Of a stretch of DNA of 64,000 bases, positions 63,942 to 64,000 are shown one piece after another. The first letter of the stretch is position 1. Every line of letters begins with the position of its first letter. Made by a program: the position numbers and the translations under genes. Source of the DNA: an uncultured Zetaproteobacteria bacterium (GTDB taxonomy: Bacteria; Pseudomonadota; Zetaproteobacteria; Mariprofundales; Mariprofundaceae); NCBI GenBank assembly GCA_964645625.1, contig CAZYAI010000001.1, positions 52,968-116,967 on the forward strand, read 5' to 3'. The notes beneath the pieces were generated by a model. It was given only the letters and a program-made list of their open reading frames with translations. It searched no databases and had not been told where the DNA came from.

Positions 63942-64000
63942 TGTGCGATGGCTTTAACCTGAATTATTCACAAATACTGTCGCGCCCTTGCTTGCCCCTT

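Noticed and set aside
1-64000. tRNA, rRNA or tmRNA genes
   Set aside because: No cloverleaf-like conserved T-arm or anticodon-arm sequences, and no rRNA-like stretches, were seen in any intergenic region by eye. Not excluded without tRNAscan/Infernal.

Overview
This 64 kb window is chromosomal DNA of about 50% GC. Gene content and order suggest a CO2-fixing gammaproteobacterium, possibly a sulfur-oxidiser; this is an inference and nothing was searched against databases.

Housekeeping genes I can support by reading the sequence: cobO and cbiA behind a cobalamin riboswitch, rpmB (L28), hemH, mutS, glnD, queD, rsmB, ssb, an ASCH-domain gene, rluC divergent from rne, fbp, fumC, ruvA, ruvB, ppiD, and an lptF/G-type permease.

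Accessory content: a form II RuBisCO operon cbbM-cbbQ-cbbO lies directly downstream of a PAS hybrid sensor kinase. There are two further hybrid sensor kinases, one of them (REC-PAS-HK-REC-HPt) overlapping a receiver/adenylyl-cyclase gene. Also present are an NfeD/flotillin pair (yqiJ/yqiK-like), a mechanosensitive-channel (MscS) operon with two unknown partners, a ~1000 aa Ig-like (Big) surface protein, and a degenerate toxin-antitoxin locus.

The most unusual stretch is 33.0-40.3 kb. Two tandem, near-identical Rpn/YhgA-like PD-(D/E)XK nuclease (putative transposase) genes differ mainly in the copy number of a 24-nt (KEEGLKEG) repeat. They sit directly upstream of a 1755 aa ORF that carries a single MoxR/AAA_5-type AAA+ module in its C-terminal third and about 1250 N-terminal residues with no domain I recognise. 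That ORF is convergent with cbbO.

A third Rpn copy sits just upstream of hemH. It abuts a ~600 bp tandem array of hairpin-containing units, and the array is bracketed by a perfect 17 bp inverted repeat. A single-unit relative of that array lies near ssb.

There is a separate 165 bp MITE-like element (miniature inverted-repeat transposable element) with terminal inverted repeats TAAGTAGGTRC. It occurs twice, in inverted orientation, 53.7 kb apart; each copy starts at or near the stop codon of a gene, and one copy supplies that stop codon. A ~200 nt long imperfect palindrome (two stems with a central bubble) sits next to the degenerate TA locus.

I found no rRNA, tRNA or CRISPR array.
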